Translations under genes and position numbers: made by a program
Shown here: piece by piece, positions 14,433 to 29,295 of the stretch
How the letters are laid out: each line of letters begins with the position of its first letter
Position numbering within the stretch: position 1 is the stretch's first letter
The notes under the pieces: generated by a model
Told to the model about the DNA's origin: nothing
The model's database searches: none
The model's input: the letters and a program-made list of their open reading frames with translations, nothing else
Origin: the human T2T-CHM13v2.0 reference genome, Homo sapiens
Reading direction: 5' to 3' (one strand)
DNA: 64,000 nt
Assembly: GCF_009914755.1 (NCBI RefSeq)
Contig: NC_060929.1

Positions 14433-16243
14433 CATTCTATCTTTTAAAATAATTTACAGTTTGTATGTTTTAATATTACTAGTATGATATCATAAAATTG
14501 TTTTGTTTTCACTGTCTAGTCTATGGACAAAGACGATATTCATTTTAGACCTCAAGTACCTTACATAGTCTTTGACACCTGGTACATGCTCATAGATTAA
14601 GCTGGAAAAAATGTAGATACTTGCCTTTTTTGTGCTTCTCTTCTCAAGCATTTGGACTTGAGTTTGTTGTTTCTTATTTTCCCTTATTATAAATGTTATG
14701 TACTTTCAACTCAGCTGCTGAAGTTCAAAATAAAATTCTTAGCCAGAATTGATTCTTGATGATTGCTCCTGTTACCTCACATTAACTATGGTGTACTTTT
14801 GCTGTTGAAGCCAACTAAGGTGGAAGTACTGTCCTGAGCAGGAGAATGAGACAGTAACTAGGTTTTCAGCGGGCACAAAGTTGTTTATGCAATATTCTAA
14901 TTCTCCAAATGTCAGAGTTTAGTCAAGGTAGAAAATACCAGCTCCATATTATTGATCAAAATCTTTACAAAAATGCAAGGTCTCCCTTCTACAAGCTGGT
15001 CGGTGACCTCACCTCCCTCCAGGCTGATTGCCAATGCATGGCACTTTGCTGACTCTGCAGAGAGGCCTCTAGAAGGCTTATGTAACTGCAAAAAAAAAAA
15101 ATGTTTCTATTGTAGATGTGCATTTTCAAAATGCTTATCATCAAGTCATATGCCATGTTCATTTCCTTCAGCTTTCTTTTTACTTTTCAAAAACTGAGCA
15201 GCACATGTATCAAATGTGTTAAATTGATGATTTCACTTGCTGTTATAAAGTACCTGTAGTGCTTATCCCATCAAGCCCCAGGGCCTGAATTTACTTCACA
15301 GGATTGTAAGTGCTGGAGGTTTAACTGGTGCATGTGAAAAGTGTTTGTCTTAAACTTTAAAAATCCAGAACTCCTGTTCTTTTCTGTAGCTATCAATCCT
15401 AAATTACAACTTCAGTTTTATGACACTGAGAAGGGGCTGTTGTAAAATGCAATTGTTGTACAGGTTTTATCCTTTCTACAATGAAAAGGAAAATTGTGTG
15501 TACTAACCTTCAATAAACATTTAGAAGATTACATTGAAGGCCCTCCAGATCAGGTAGATATCTGTCAGAAGTATTGCTGAGTCCATAACCTATGGGAGAG
15601 AACTAATATGACTGGCACACTTTGTTTCTTGGTTTCAAAATCCAAGTAAAGGTTTCTTACAAAAGACAAATACATGACTGCGAATGTAAAGAAAGCACAA
15701 AGAAGTTTCTGACACACAGTACAAAGATATAAGAAGTAAAATAAGATATGTTATATTCACATTATGATTAAGCAAATCTATATATCATCTATACGCAAGC
15801 ATTTGAAATCCAAGGCTTCACAAAACACATTTGATTCTTGTGTAGAGCGCAAGGAAATGTTCACTGGCCAAGGCTACAACTCACGTTCCGTTTGTGATCT
15901 CTTTGTCGTTTATTTGAAAGGCTTAATTTCTTCCTTAGAACTATATAAACATACCACACCAACAAGTAAAGGAGGAATAGAGTCCTGCCCAAATGGACAG
16001 ATAAACTACTAATTGTGGGTATGGACCCTGCAGAATCTTATTGGTGGGCTTAGTAGCGAATTACAAAGTCCTGCCAGGTCCAGGGCAAGGCATCTGTGTT
16101 GCTGTCCATGGTACTGAATGGTATCTTACTAGTTAACAATGCAATTTTTATTCTCACAACTTTGGCCGGTGAGAGCCATCTACCCAACATCTCCAGAATT
16201 AAGAATCAAATGAATAAAGAAGTGGTAGAAGTATGGAAGTGAG

Positions 16244-16350
16244 AAAAGAGACAAATGTGTAAAAAAAAAAAAAGACAGATAAATGTGTAAAACCATTGGA
16301 AAAGAAACAAATGTGTAAAAAAAAAGATAAATGTGTAAAACCATTGGAAA
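16244..16350. repeat. Imperfect tandem duplication (~50-56 bp unit) with four AAATGTGTAAAA motifs
   Basis: acaaatgtgt(A)n...gataaatgtgtaaaaccattggaaa occurs twice in tandem. Confidence 0.85.
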
Positions 16351-16689
16351 CGACAACTTCTGAGAACAGAAAAAGACAGAACATTTTTCTTTTAAAGTGA
16401 TACTCAAACATTCAGTCTCATGGAAACAAACTACCATTATCTTTAGCCACCTGAGGGGTGGCTGAAGAAGGACAAGAAAGAGGGTAATAAACAATGCAAT
16501 TTTTTAAAATATCAGCGAGGAAACCAGTTCTAGGGTGCAGAAAAAAATACGTTTTCTCCAGGCATACAGATACTGAATTGCCAGTTAAATATTCATAGTT
16601 TTTTTGTTGTTGTTGAAAGCATGTCTTCAATTGTTATACTGTAATGTATGACAATTGAAAATATGCTTTCATATTTTCAATTTCAAAAC

Positions 16690-16868
16690 TTTATATAGTC
16701 CAATTATATAATATATAATATACATTATTATAAAATATTATAAATTATATAATTTATAAATGATATGTTATGTTACCATATAATTTATAAATTATAGAAG
16801 TCATAATTTATAAAAATATATATTATTATAAAATATATAATATATAGTATATACATATTATATATATT
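16690..16868. repeat. AT-rich low-complexity (TA/TTATA) tract
   Basis: Almost entirely A/T over about 180 bp. Confidence 0.85.
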
Positions 16869-17444
16869 CCAAAATAGGCACAGTATTTAATTTCATGTGC
16901 CTTTTATAGTTTCATCATATTTCTCATTGTTACAGGTATTCTTCTGCCTCTGGTAATTTTAATTAACAAACTCGTCTCTATTAACAATTTGCTTATGTTT
17001 CTGGAGCATATAAGCCTGACTAATATTCAGAATTATCATTAAAACTCAAGGAGAGATTGGGTAAAATTATTCCTTTGGGCTCTATAACTTTTACTTTGCA
17101 AAAGAACAATGTAAAGAAATCAGAATAAAATGTTTACGGTTATTGATTTCTGGATATTTGAAATGATTTGTGATACAGTTTGAATAACTAGAGGATTGTT
17201 TGACAAGAGTTTCCTATTTGTAAAGTGAGTCAATTCATCCCTTTTCTCTTTAAATCTAGTCTCTTCAGGCCTGTGTGGAGCATGTTGTATGATTTAGAGT
17301 TCGGGAAAAAATAGAAGTACCTCATTGTTTGAAGCAGCTGTTTCTGAAATATTTTTACCTTTGTATGTTGAAAGACAGCTCTAGTAATATTTCTGGGTTT
17401 GGTGCTGCACTTTATACTTGTAAGTGTTATTTCTATTTCACATA

Positions 17445-17610
17445 CATTATCTCACTGAGTGCTCCCAGCTAGATTGCAAATTAATTAATTCAATTTGCTT
17501 ACCATTGAACAAATAACAAAATTGAAATTCAGAAAAATGAAATGACTTGCTCAGGGTCACTTAACTAATTCTTGACAGATCTGAAATTAACTCAACCAAG
17601 TCCGGTGTTT
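17445..17610 (-). mobile_element. MIR fragment
   Basis: aaattgaaattcagaaaaatgaaatgacttgctcagggtcacttaacta. Confidence 0.6.
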
Positions 17611-18190
17611 GCTTTACAATTACAGAAGAACAAGACTTTCTTTATTGTTTCACACACATGAAAATGAAATGGACTGTCTTGTCTAGCTTACAGGATGGAA
17701 ATTAACAACTTTAAGGGTTACCAAAAGAGCTTCATTACAGTTACCAAGTTTTCTTATAAGGCAGTTTTAAGAAGCAGTTGTCTCAGTTGTTATGAGTTAG
17801 CACCCCTTTATCTATGATTTCCAATACTCTTCAAGAAACAAGGTATATTTATTAAAATGATCTAAGCCCTGTTCTCTGCTTTTTATTTTCTTTTGTTTTC
17901 CATTTTTTATGACCATAAACAAATAAGAAAAATGCTTCTTTATATTAGTAGCACTTATTACATATGTAGAACATATCCACATCAAGCTACATGATTATTG
18001 TAGGGCATTCTAATGATTACATAAAATAAATAATCATAATTTTCTCAATTTTTTTTTAAATAAAGTCTCTGAATCTCAGATAAGTTCAAAAGTTTCTGAA
18101 GTTTACAGAGGTCACAAATAACTAAAGCAGAACTACAATTTGGATGCGTGAAGTGTAGGCTCGTAACTTTACTCCCTGGCTCTTTTATAG

Positions 18191-18412
18191 CAATGATTCT
18201 CAAATGGAGAGAGGAGAATTTTGCCTTGCAAGGGACATTTGGCAATATCTGGAGACATTTGTCGTCTTTGAAACCAGGAGTACAGTGCTACTGGCAACTA
18301 GTCAATAGAGGCCAGGGATGCTGCCAGTAATCCTAGAATACATAGGCCAGCCCCTCACAACATAGAATAATCTGACCCAGAGTACCAATAGTGTCCGGTT
18401 TGAAAAATCCTG
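18191..18412 (+). mobile_element. MER20 (hAT-Charlie DNA transposon fossil)
   Basis: Ends caatgattctcaa ... ttgaaaaatcctg; internal gggacatttggcaatatctggagacattt and tagaggccagggatgctgc. Confidence 0.88.
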
Positions 18413-18584
18413 CCTTAAAAAAAAAAAAAAACTGTCAATATTCTCTTTCTTTTCTGTGTTCCCTACGTGTACTAAAAAGTACAATACTGATTTAAGGGTG
18501 GCAAATTATTTAAACCCAATCAACTACAGACCAAAAATAATAACTAGCAAAATTAGAAGCACTAGAAAAAGAATTACAATTATG

Positions 18585-18715
18585 ATTTCCAATTCTCCTA
18601 CTAAATAATATGTTCTACTTGGACAAGCCACTTCACCATTTGCACCTTAGTTTTCTCTGGTGTGAAACAAAGATAATAATTCCTACCTTACATAATTTTT
18701 GATAAGATTATAAAT
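18585..18715 (+). mobile_element. MIR fragment
   Basis: cttggacaagccacttcacc...ccttagttttctctggtgtgaaacaaagataataattcctacctta. Confidence 0.65.
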
Positions 18716-18886
18716 TATTTGTCTTATTATTATTTATTCTCTCTCCCTTCCAAGCCTTTCTCTCACTTCTTTCTCTTGTAACATATTGTCCACAAGGCAT
18801 TTCCTATATGCCCAAGGTACTTCATTTTGGTGATCTACAGACTTGGCTCATTCTTTGGACTTTGATGACCTGTCTCATAAATCACC

Positions 18887-19184
<298 letters not shown>

Positions 19185-19404
19185 AGTAAGTCACCTTTTA
19201 CTGGTAGATGCACACGCACCAATAGAGGCCTGCCTCTTTCCGTTGGTGCCTGGTTTTCAGAACTTCACAAGGATCCCCTTGGTTGAGTAGCCTAATTGAC
19301 AGAAATTATGATTTATTGGTTCACTTTACCCATGTTTGTCTCCCTCATAATTAGAATGAGCTTAGGATGTGTCACACGGTCTTCAGTAAAGTCCAAAAAG
19401 GAGA

Positions 19405-19615
19405 CAGCAACAATGTACAGGGAAGAGAATAGATCTTGTAATAAGTTAGACCTGGGTTCAATCATATTTGCAAATCTTTTAGTTATTTATGTCTATATCT
19501 CCCTTAATGTTTCTGAGTCACAGTTATCTTTCATAAAATAGGGCTGTCTTAGGAATGAAAACAAGTAATACATGTAACATACTCCTATTATATGCTTAAC
19601 AAATGGTAGCTAATT
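19405..19615 (+). mobile_element. MIR
   Basis: agttagacctgggttcaatc...ccttaatgtttctgagtcacagttatctttcataaaatagg...tgcttaacaaatggtagcta. Confidence 0.65.
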
Positions 19616-19763
19616 ATTTATTGAAATGTGTATCATGTATATGCATCCTGCTTCAGTCATGAATTCTAACTATGCCAACAGCAAAGTCACTCAAAGTCAA
19701 CCCCATTTCATTAAACAAAAAACTTATAAGCAGTTTCCGAGATATCTTTGTACTTAGCTTTGT

Positions 19764-20129
<366 letters not shown>

Positions 20130-21258
20130 TGAAACCCTCAAAGTAATATGAAGTTATCATTTGACAGAGCATTTGTTCTGTTTCAACAAAATCTTAACTT
20201 ACATCTGGCTATTGCAATCTAAAATTCAGTAGTTTACTTTGATGCTATGGCATCACTATTCTTTTCAGTAGCTCTGATTCTCTGGGGCTTTGAAGTGATG
20301 AACATTTAGCAGATTTTAGTGATGTGACCATTAGGAAAAATTAGGCTTCTTCTGAAGAATGGAGACATAAGAAAAGTCCTTCTCTCATTTCAAAGCCACC
20401 TTCCAGTGATTTCTTTCCCTAACTTCCTTCATCAAAATCTGTTTTCCATGAGTGTGTGTGGGGAGACATTATCAGTGGAAATGAGAGAAATAAGTTTGCC
20501 TCTATGAACTTTATTCTTAATTCAACAATATTTGTCCTGAGGGACACTACCTTCTTCAATGCCTTAAGGATTACACTGAGTATCTTCACCGTTGAACCCA
20601 GCATGGAGAGATCAGATGAAAAGTGCAATGACATGGACACTACATATTCTAGAGAACAAGGGAAGACAAAATATCTCATTATGGAGATACTCTAAAATAT
20701 GTCCATGTAATTCTTTAATACATAAGGTAGTACAGCAGTCTAAAATATGAGGGAGAAATATTAATTAGAACAGCTTTGAATTCACACATTTACTGCTTTA
20801 GAGTGGAGAAGAAGCCATTCACAATTCTAAATTGTTATTCCTTGCTTTAAACCACCCAAACATTTGTGGAATTTGGCATGCTCAGTCCATCAGATCTCCA
20901 GCTCCAGATTCTATTCCTTTGTTCATCCCTTTATTGATGTGTTCATTCAGTATACATTTATTGAACAGTTAGGGACTTTGGTACAATATTTTTTTAAATA
21001 ATCATGTGAATATGAAGTTCAAAATTTAGTGAGGAAGTCATAAAAACAAATACATGAAATATGAATGATTGTATTGGTATGAAGGAAACAGAGTGTAAAA
21101 TAAGGTAATAGGAACATACTTTAAATAGATCAGTGGACTCCACTGGAGAGGTGATAATTATACTGGAATGTGTGTATATGTGTTAAGATGGGATGTAGAG
21201 AAAGAAAGTAGAAGATCATTTCAAATTAAGCAATAGCATTTGAAAATTTCAAGCCATC

Positions 21259-21563
<305 letters not shown>

Positions 21564-22184
21564 TCAAGCCATCTCCAAGACTGTACTGTGTCCACCATTT
21601 CCTCAAAACCTTGCTAGATGCATTGGAGGCAAATATGATGAATTAAGAGCTACCTTTTCATTATACAATGCATTGATGCTACAGTTAATGTACCAAACAA
21701 TGGCTTGTCTTCTGATGTGATTACTCAATAAAACAATTCTTGGGTGAATTGTAGGCCCGTTGGCCATCAGGTGGGAGGCATTGCTTGAATCTTGTTCTTT
21801 ATGTAAATAATTCCTCCCAGTTTCCTTCAAACAACTGTACAAAGACAGCTGCCAAATTTACTTAGAGCAATATAAGTATCCAGCATATTTAACATTGCAG
21901 CTTATGGAATATCAACTTATTTTAAAACATAAATATAAATGACTATCCTTTATTTAACCCATTGCCCTTTCTTCAAGGAAGAAAAAGGAGACCTCTTTGG
22001 AATTTCTTCCTTCATTTCCCAGCTATTTTTTTCACCCTTCTACCTCCCACCTCCCCATCCCTCCACTCTTCGGTTATCTCTTCTCCATACCTTGCCCCAC
22101 CCTGCTGCACGTTGTACATGTTTCTTATAAAAGTGCTTCTTAATGGGATTACTAGTTGTTCATTTGCTCACCTCTTGACTTTGA

Positions 22185-22306
22185 GTTCCTTGCAGGCATC
22201 TACTATGCCAACTTTGTATTTCTAAAACTTAGTGTGGTATTCACATTAGAATGAAGCTCAGTAAATATTTGCTCAAAAAATGAATATATGAGTAAATGAA
22301 TGAATG
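22185..22306 (+). mobile_element. L2 3' end
   Basis: gctcagtaaatatttgctcaaaaaatgaatatatgagtaaatgaatgaatg, the (AATG)n terminus of L2. Confidence 0.65.
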
Positions 22307-24886
22307 CTAAGCTGGTAGACTTTGGCAAAGGCTTGTAAGAAACCATTCTAAATATCTGATCTCCCAATATTTTAAAAATCAAATCAAATAAAATATCCAC
22401 ATAAAATGTATGGCATATTTAAATTCAAAAACGTAAACATTGACCTCACTTCACACACACAAAAAAGTGTGGTCAAACAAAATCTTTCCAAGTTGAACTG
22501 AAAGTATTGCGCTATAACCCTTCCACTTTTCCTAAATTAAGGATGATCTCTGTAAATTTGCATCCTACAACGGCAGTAGACCTTTTGTGTCTTCATCTGA
22601 AGATGAAAAGTGTGGAAGGAACTGAAGAAGTAGGCTGGAAATCTTTATCAAGCTCTTTCATGAAAAGCCCCTAAAGATAGAAAAAAAATGGAAAGGAGAG
22701 ATGAAATAGGGGGAAAAGGTGGGAAAGGAGGAAGAAAGATGGTCTGCCACAAGGTCATAATTTATTTTGGAGTCCCTTTTTTTCATGCATAGAAATGTTT
22801 ACATACTCCATAATGTATCAATTTTTCTTTTACTATTTTCCCAAATCTTCAAGTAAAATGGACTTTCTAGGAATATGCAATATTTTTCTTCTGTGGCTTC
22901 ACACCTCAGGCACCATGACTCATTCCACCTCCTTCCCAGTACTTTGAGAAACATATGTACAAGAATGCAAGCACATGTGTATATTTTTACTAGAAAGTGG
23001 ACATATCAGAATCTCAAGAAAGTCTTTCCCAGAAAATAAAATGGAAAATAAAGGAAAGACTTACATGGTGATGCCATGAAGCAATAAAAGAGTACAAATA
23101 TGAAGGGCTCAAGAGCTTAAAAAAAAAAAAAAGGCTTTCTCTTCTATCTGGACACTTCTAGATATTTCCATATATTTGCATTTGGATGTTATATTTTTTC
23201 CAAGTGCTGAAATGCAGAGATTAAGAGTATTATCAATGAAGGCTATTTTTCATCATTTTTGATTGCTGTAGGAGAACATACAAGCCTACAGCTGAGATTC
23301 ATTGAAGCACCGTTCCCTTCCTCAGGGAGCTGTTATTTCAATAAAAACAATGGAATCAGTTAGCATAGGTAATAAAATAATTATAGTAATTTATTTTGGC
23401 TATTAAATGTTGCATCCCCTTAGCTAATCATCCACTTCAAGCTATTATTCAAAGTGTTCTGCTCTTTTTGCCTTTAAGTTAAACATCATGAATTTCTACG
23501 CACTGATAAATCCAAATCTAATAAATTCCTGATGTGTTTCCTTGTGCTGTGACTACTGACAGCTCTCTCTATCTTGTTAATTCAGTGTTACTCAACATCA
23601 GCAAAAGATGTTTACTAATACAATATAAAAGCGAAGAATTATTTGTTACCTAACTTTGTACTGAGTTACAAGTAAATTTAGCCCTCATCATTTTATGACT
23701 ACAGAGCATGCTATGTTATAAGCAAAGGGAGTATTTGAGAAGGTTTTAATTATGGGTCCTTTGAGAGCTATACTTCCTAAAACGACCCCAATCATCTCCT
23801 GCCAACTGTAGTCGGTGAAAGGATACTTTTCAGGATTCAAGGAGCCTAATGTGTATATCACTGTATGACAGTCAGGTTTCCAATTAATTTCAGTTCTATT
23901 CAGTTTCACATCAGTTTCATCTTGATAAGATCTAAACCAGTCATATCAAATCATTGGTAAAGTACAGAGTTGTTTTCCTGTATTATAGTTATGTGAATTA
24001 TTCAGAGAAAAACCATACTGGCATACCTGATTCTCATTTTCAGACTCCAGATCATTAAATAGAAGAAACAGCAGAAATAAGTTTAAATGATTCCCAAGGC
24101 GATTGCATACTCAGGGTTTACAACTCAATACATTTTTGTACTACTATCAGGCACTTTAAAGGAAACATTTCTCTTTTAAAACTTCATCCTTCTCAGTTTT
24201 CTGAACTCACCAAATAAATCAATACAAGTTTGAATTTAATTTTTAAAAATACAGCTACTGAAAAACCTTATTCTTTAGCATATGTTCTAAAAATAATTTT
24301 TAAGCCAAAAATATACCCAAGAACTTTACTATGTATATTTGCATTTTAAATATTGTTTCAAGGTTTCAAGTTTCAGACCACTAAAAATACCTAAAATAAC
24401 TAATGACATCTTTGGTCCTGAAGTTGTAAAACCAGACATTTCTAGAAATTTGTTTCCAAATGAATAGTTTTTCCTTGATACTCTACTTAGAAAAATATTC
24501 TTAAAAATGATTTTAAAAATGATAAAATTCCTATTGAAAAATAGGAATTTTTATTTGAAATTGAATACATATTTATTGGTTTTGACTCCAGTAAAGATCA
24601 CAGTTATATATAATATACATGTGAACATCTGAAACTTTATTTAGTTAAGTGAAAGAGAAACCTCCACCAGGAGGTAAAATTTTTAAAATACTTTAGGATA
24701 GTTCCCTGACGTAATGAGGCTTTTTAATAAACTCATACACACGCTCCCCCCACTCCCAAAATACTCGGTGAATTTGATTCTACTTCCTGAATTGTATTGG
24801 TATTTATAGGACTTTACTGCATTTGGTATTATCTGTCATTCATTATAGCAGGAAAAATGTGTCCTGTAAGTTTTGGGTAACAGTAC

Positions 24887-25865
24887 TGAAGCAGACTATT
24901 TCCCTGACCCCTTAGTGGGACTTGTGAAGAGGGTGCCTCATTTACTCAGCCCACAGCTCTCAACTCCTCGTGGGAGGGAGCATGCCAGCAAACAAGGTTG
25001 GGAACTCAAGTGCATGGGTGCTGGAACTAGCCAGCCACTTTGGCTCCGACCAGAACAAATTCCGCTCACTCAGACCCCCTGTGCTCTACCCCTTCATGGG
25101 AGGGAGCATGCAGGTGGGTGGGTACAGGAGCCGGGGTAAATGCTTTTGGGTGCTGGCAGGAGTAAAATCCATGCAGGGCCCCGTGGCAGCATCTAAGGGG
25201 GGTACTCACGACCCCTGAAGCCCCAGAGGGAGTGTTACAGTGCTCTTCTAGCTCTGCTGTCCATGATGGCTTAAATATTAACAGCTTAGTGGACCCTCTG
25301 CCTTTTCCTATGAGGCAGTTGCCTTCCACCAGCAAGGGCAAAGGGCAAGTGTGTATGACAGACTTTTTATATCCGCACTCATGGTTCCCAAGCTCTTGTC
25401 TGGTATCCAGGAGAAATGAGGTTGCATGAACAAATTGAAGGATGGTAAAAACAGAGGATTTTATTGCTGATAAAAGTGGCTATTGATGAAAAAGGGATGG
25501 GACGGGTAGGTAATCTTCCCCTGAAGTCTGGCCATCTCTGGCTGGATTCTTCCCCGAAGTTACACCATCAAGCTGTCTCTCTGAAGTCAAGTTGCTTCTC
25601 TCTGATGTTCAACCACAGTCTCTGATGTCCAGCTGCTTCTCCTCTCTCTGCTGGCTGGGTCTGGGGTTTTTATAGGCACAGGATGGGGTAGGGTAGGGCC
25701 ATGGGTGGTTTCAGAAAAGGCAACATTTGAGCATGAAAACAGGGATGTAAGTTCTCACTTAGGGCTGAAGTCTCAGGCTTTTTGGCTTGAGGATGGGGCC
25801 CTCACTGGGGACCCTCCTTCTTCTTCCCAGAATTTCCCTCCCTCCTGTCCCTCCTGTCCCTATCA
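24887..25865 (-). mobile_element. ERV1 solo LTR, LTR1D/LTR28-like (979 bp)
   Basis: Minus strand starts TGATAGGGACAGGAG...GGAAATTCTGGGAAGAAG and ends ...GGGAAATAGTCTGCTTCA (TG...CA); TATA box near 25667-25674, AATAAA at 25460-25465; 4-bp TSD gtac/gtat with one mismatch. Confidence 0.85.
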
Positions 25866-26387
25866 GTATTTCTTCAAACTCACAATGCATTTGCAGCTCT
25901 GAACATTTGTTCATGTGATGAAAACTAGAACTTTCAGAATATCACTTCACGTTTCTGCAGGGTCTTCTGAAACTTATGTTCATTGCGCTTTTGTTTCAAA
26001 TAATATTTTAATCAATTTTTTTTAAATAGATGGACTTTGTATGGTAACCAGAGCTGCCTTTGATGAAATATGATTCATGGATGACTTTTTTTCAGGCTTG
26101 TACTATTACAGATGAAACCACTGAGTGGAATCCATTCATTAAGCCTGTTGACATGAGAAATGAAGTCAGAGATGGAGACTAAGAAGAGGATCATTATGGC
26201 AGCTGTGGTACAGGTTGGGGAGGGTGGCCAGAGAAGGACAAGAGGATAGACACATACATCCATTGTTTAGACATAAAAAAACTCTCCTCCACGTCAGGAC
26301 CAAAGAGTGAAAATTTTCTTTAGGCACTGCTAATTTTGTGCTCCCCCCAACTTCCTCTTTAAAGAAAAAAAATGTCAATTTCTTCTG

Positions 26388-26703
26388 ATTTCTCTCTCTT
26401 TCTTTTTTTCCTTTTTTTTTTTTTTTTTTGTCTCACTGTGTTGCCCAGGCTGGAGTGCAGTGGTGCGATCTAGGCTCACTGCAACCTCCGCCTCCCAGGT
26501 TCCAGCAATTCTCACACCTCAGCCACCTGAGTAGCTAGGATTACAGGCAGACACCGCCATGCCTGGCTAATTTGTTGTGTTTTAGTAGAGACAGGGTTTC
26601 ACCATGTTGCCCAAGCTGGTCTTGAACTCCTGAGCTCAGGCAATCCACCCGCCTGGGCCTCCCAAATTGCTAGGATTACAGGCATAAGCCACCCCGCCTG
26701 GCC
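26388..26703 (-). mobile_element. Alu, AluSx-family (Sx4-like)
   Basis: Pyrimidine/poly-T tail and full dimer; ctcctgagctcaggcaatcc variant. Confidence 0.92.
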
Positions 26704-28974
26704 TCCTCAGGCCCCTCACCCCTTTCTAGATAGCTATGGTAATAGCTATTAACCATGTCAGAAAATATTGTATTGTATTGACAATGGTTTTAAATGAATG
26801 ATCTTTTCCAACTCGTGAATATATTCTACTAGAAAGGAATACTTTTTAAGGTTTTATGAACTCAGTTACTGAATTAGAATTATTGGAAAAACCTTTAAAT
26901 TAGCTTCTTTTGTTTAAAAAGTTATGTGTTGAATAGCTTGGAGACAGGAAGTGATTTCACAAAGGAGATATAAATGTATTGTGATGAATTTAAGTAGCAC
27001 AAATAATACAAAAAGCTTTGCATGTAAATTGACTTTATAAATTAGATACCATAAGCTGGTAATAGAACGTAGTAATACCGATGGACAAATTCCAGTCAAC
27101 ATAAAATTTGAGCTCTTTGAAGATACAGTCAAATCTGTTCTCTTAGAAGTAATAGAAATTTTCTGCCAGTGATGGACTTAACACAGTGGATAACCTTTTC
27201 ATTAGACAATTATGTGTTTCAGTCCACAGGATATTCAGTATATATTTTTGTTGTACTTTTGCAGATGTCAGTGACCCCATTTCATAAAATTTAACTCATA
27301 CTGAGGTTTTAAACATCTAAAGAAAACCAATAGATGAGACATTGGAGACTATTATATAGCCACTGAAAATATTTTTTATTCTTTCTTTAAAACATTATTG
27401 CACAAAGCTCCACCTAAACATCAAAAAAAAAATCATTGAAAAACCTGGGTGATAATTACCTGTCTTGGATTTTTCAATAAAGCACTTTTGTATCTTTGTA
27501 GCATTTGAAGTTCTAATCCACTTGGTACAATACCCTAGGAAAGGAGGCAAAGAATGTAAAAACCACATTAATCCATTGCACAATGTTTTTTAAAAAAGAA
27601 AGAAAAAAAGGTATTACTCTAAGTCCGGCTTTATTACCATCACAATCAATAGAAACAAATTTGTAGTCACAGTTCACCTTAAGTGACACTAACTAAAAAG
27701 AAAATGGTGTGTAATTAATGTGTAATTAAATTGCAATTTCTAATTAGTTTATTTGGGCTATTAGGAACTTACCATTTAGGCTTTCAAGGGAATCTAGTAG
27801 ATTTTGTCTGAGTCTGATTTAAAATATGTCTAAATAGTACAGAGAATTCTGTGTTACTTTAGAGTAGACCCCAGAACACTAAGTAAAAATTATAGAGATG
27901 GATTCTAAATTAAACTAGAACATTTAAAAGAGGACCTGTCTAAAGGTGAAATGGACAGCCTGCTTATATGAGTGATTTCCCCACCATCAGAGATAAGCAA
28001 GAAGAGGTGGGATGCCTTATGTGCTGACCATTTAATAGGTGGGCTGTGGAACGCACAGGTGAAAACTTGAAGTGGGAGACTTCAAGGCTGCTTAAATCAT
28101 AAACTTCTGTGATGATTGTGTGGTTCCAAAGACTGTCTCAAGGATGTAGGTATTGGACTGAGAGCTCCCAGGCATGTTCTATATAACCTAAATGTTCCTC
28201 TCAGGATGCTTGGCTAGAGCTATAAATGAAGATATTTCTGTCTCCACCTCCAACATAAAGCAGCCCATGTGCCTCTTCCCACTATCTTCATGAAAAGATG
28301 AGAAAAAAAAGAGGTGATTTTTAAGGAAAACCATTTGTGCTTCATTTTATAAACAGCCTCATTTTAAAAACAGGCCCATTTTATAAACAGGGCATCTTGT
28401 AACAGCAGATAGAAGCAGAGGGTTTTCATATTATAAGGGGCTCTTAAGCAAATGTCTCTGACCTGGCCCTGGGTCTTAGGAACAGAGTGTAGCAACTTAT
28501 CAATATTGCCCTATAATCTTCCAATCAGAGAGCCATGTAGCATTTTAATACTTTAAATATCAGAATTTTATTTCAATTAGTTTATTGATGATGTCTGCAC
28601 TGAAGATGCAATATGGGCATTCGGTAACAGAAAAGTTCAAAGCCAGGCATTGGTGACAAAGTGACAGCAACCCCCAGATCTCCTAAGGAAGAATAGCACT
28701 GCAGTCTTGAGAAGGATTATAGTAGGTGTAAGTATCTCAAGTGAGAGAAGTGTATAAAGAACCCCAGCTTGACCAGTAAAGCATGGCCATCACAAATGGT
28801 CACCATCTCCAAGATATTTCAGAAAGCTTCTCTTCAAAGGTGTACCTATTAAGTGTCTTTTGTTTTGAGAAAATTGAGAATACAAAGATGGGTTTTGTTG
28901 TTGTTTTGCTTTTGTTTTAGTTTTTTGTTTTATTTTGTTGGTGAGTATGGGGTAGGATTAAAAGAAGAGCTAGA

Positions 28975-29295
<321 letters not shown>

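Noticed and set aside
16244-16350. CRISPR-like repeat array
   Set aside because: Eukaryotic context, only two units, no unique spacers and no cas genes; it is a simple tandem duplication.
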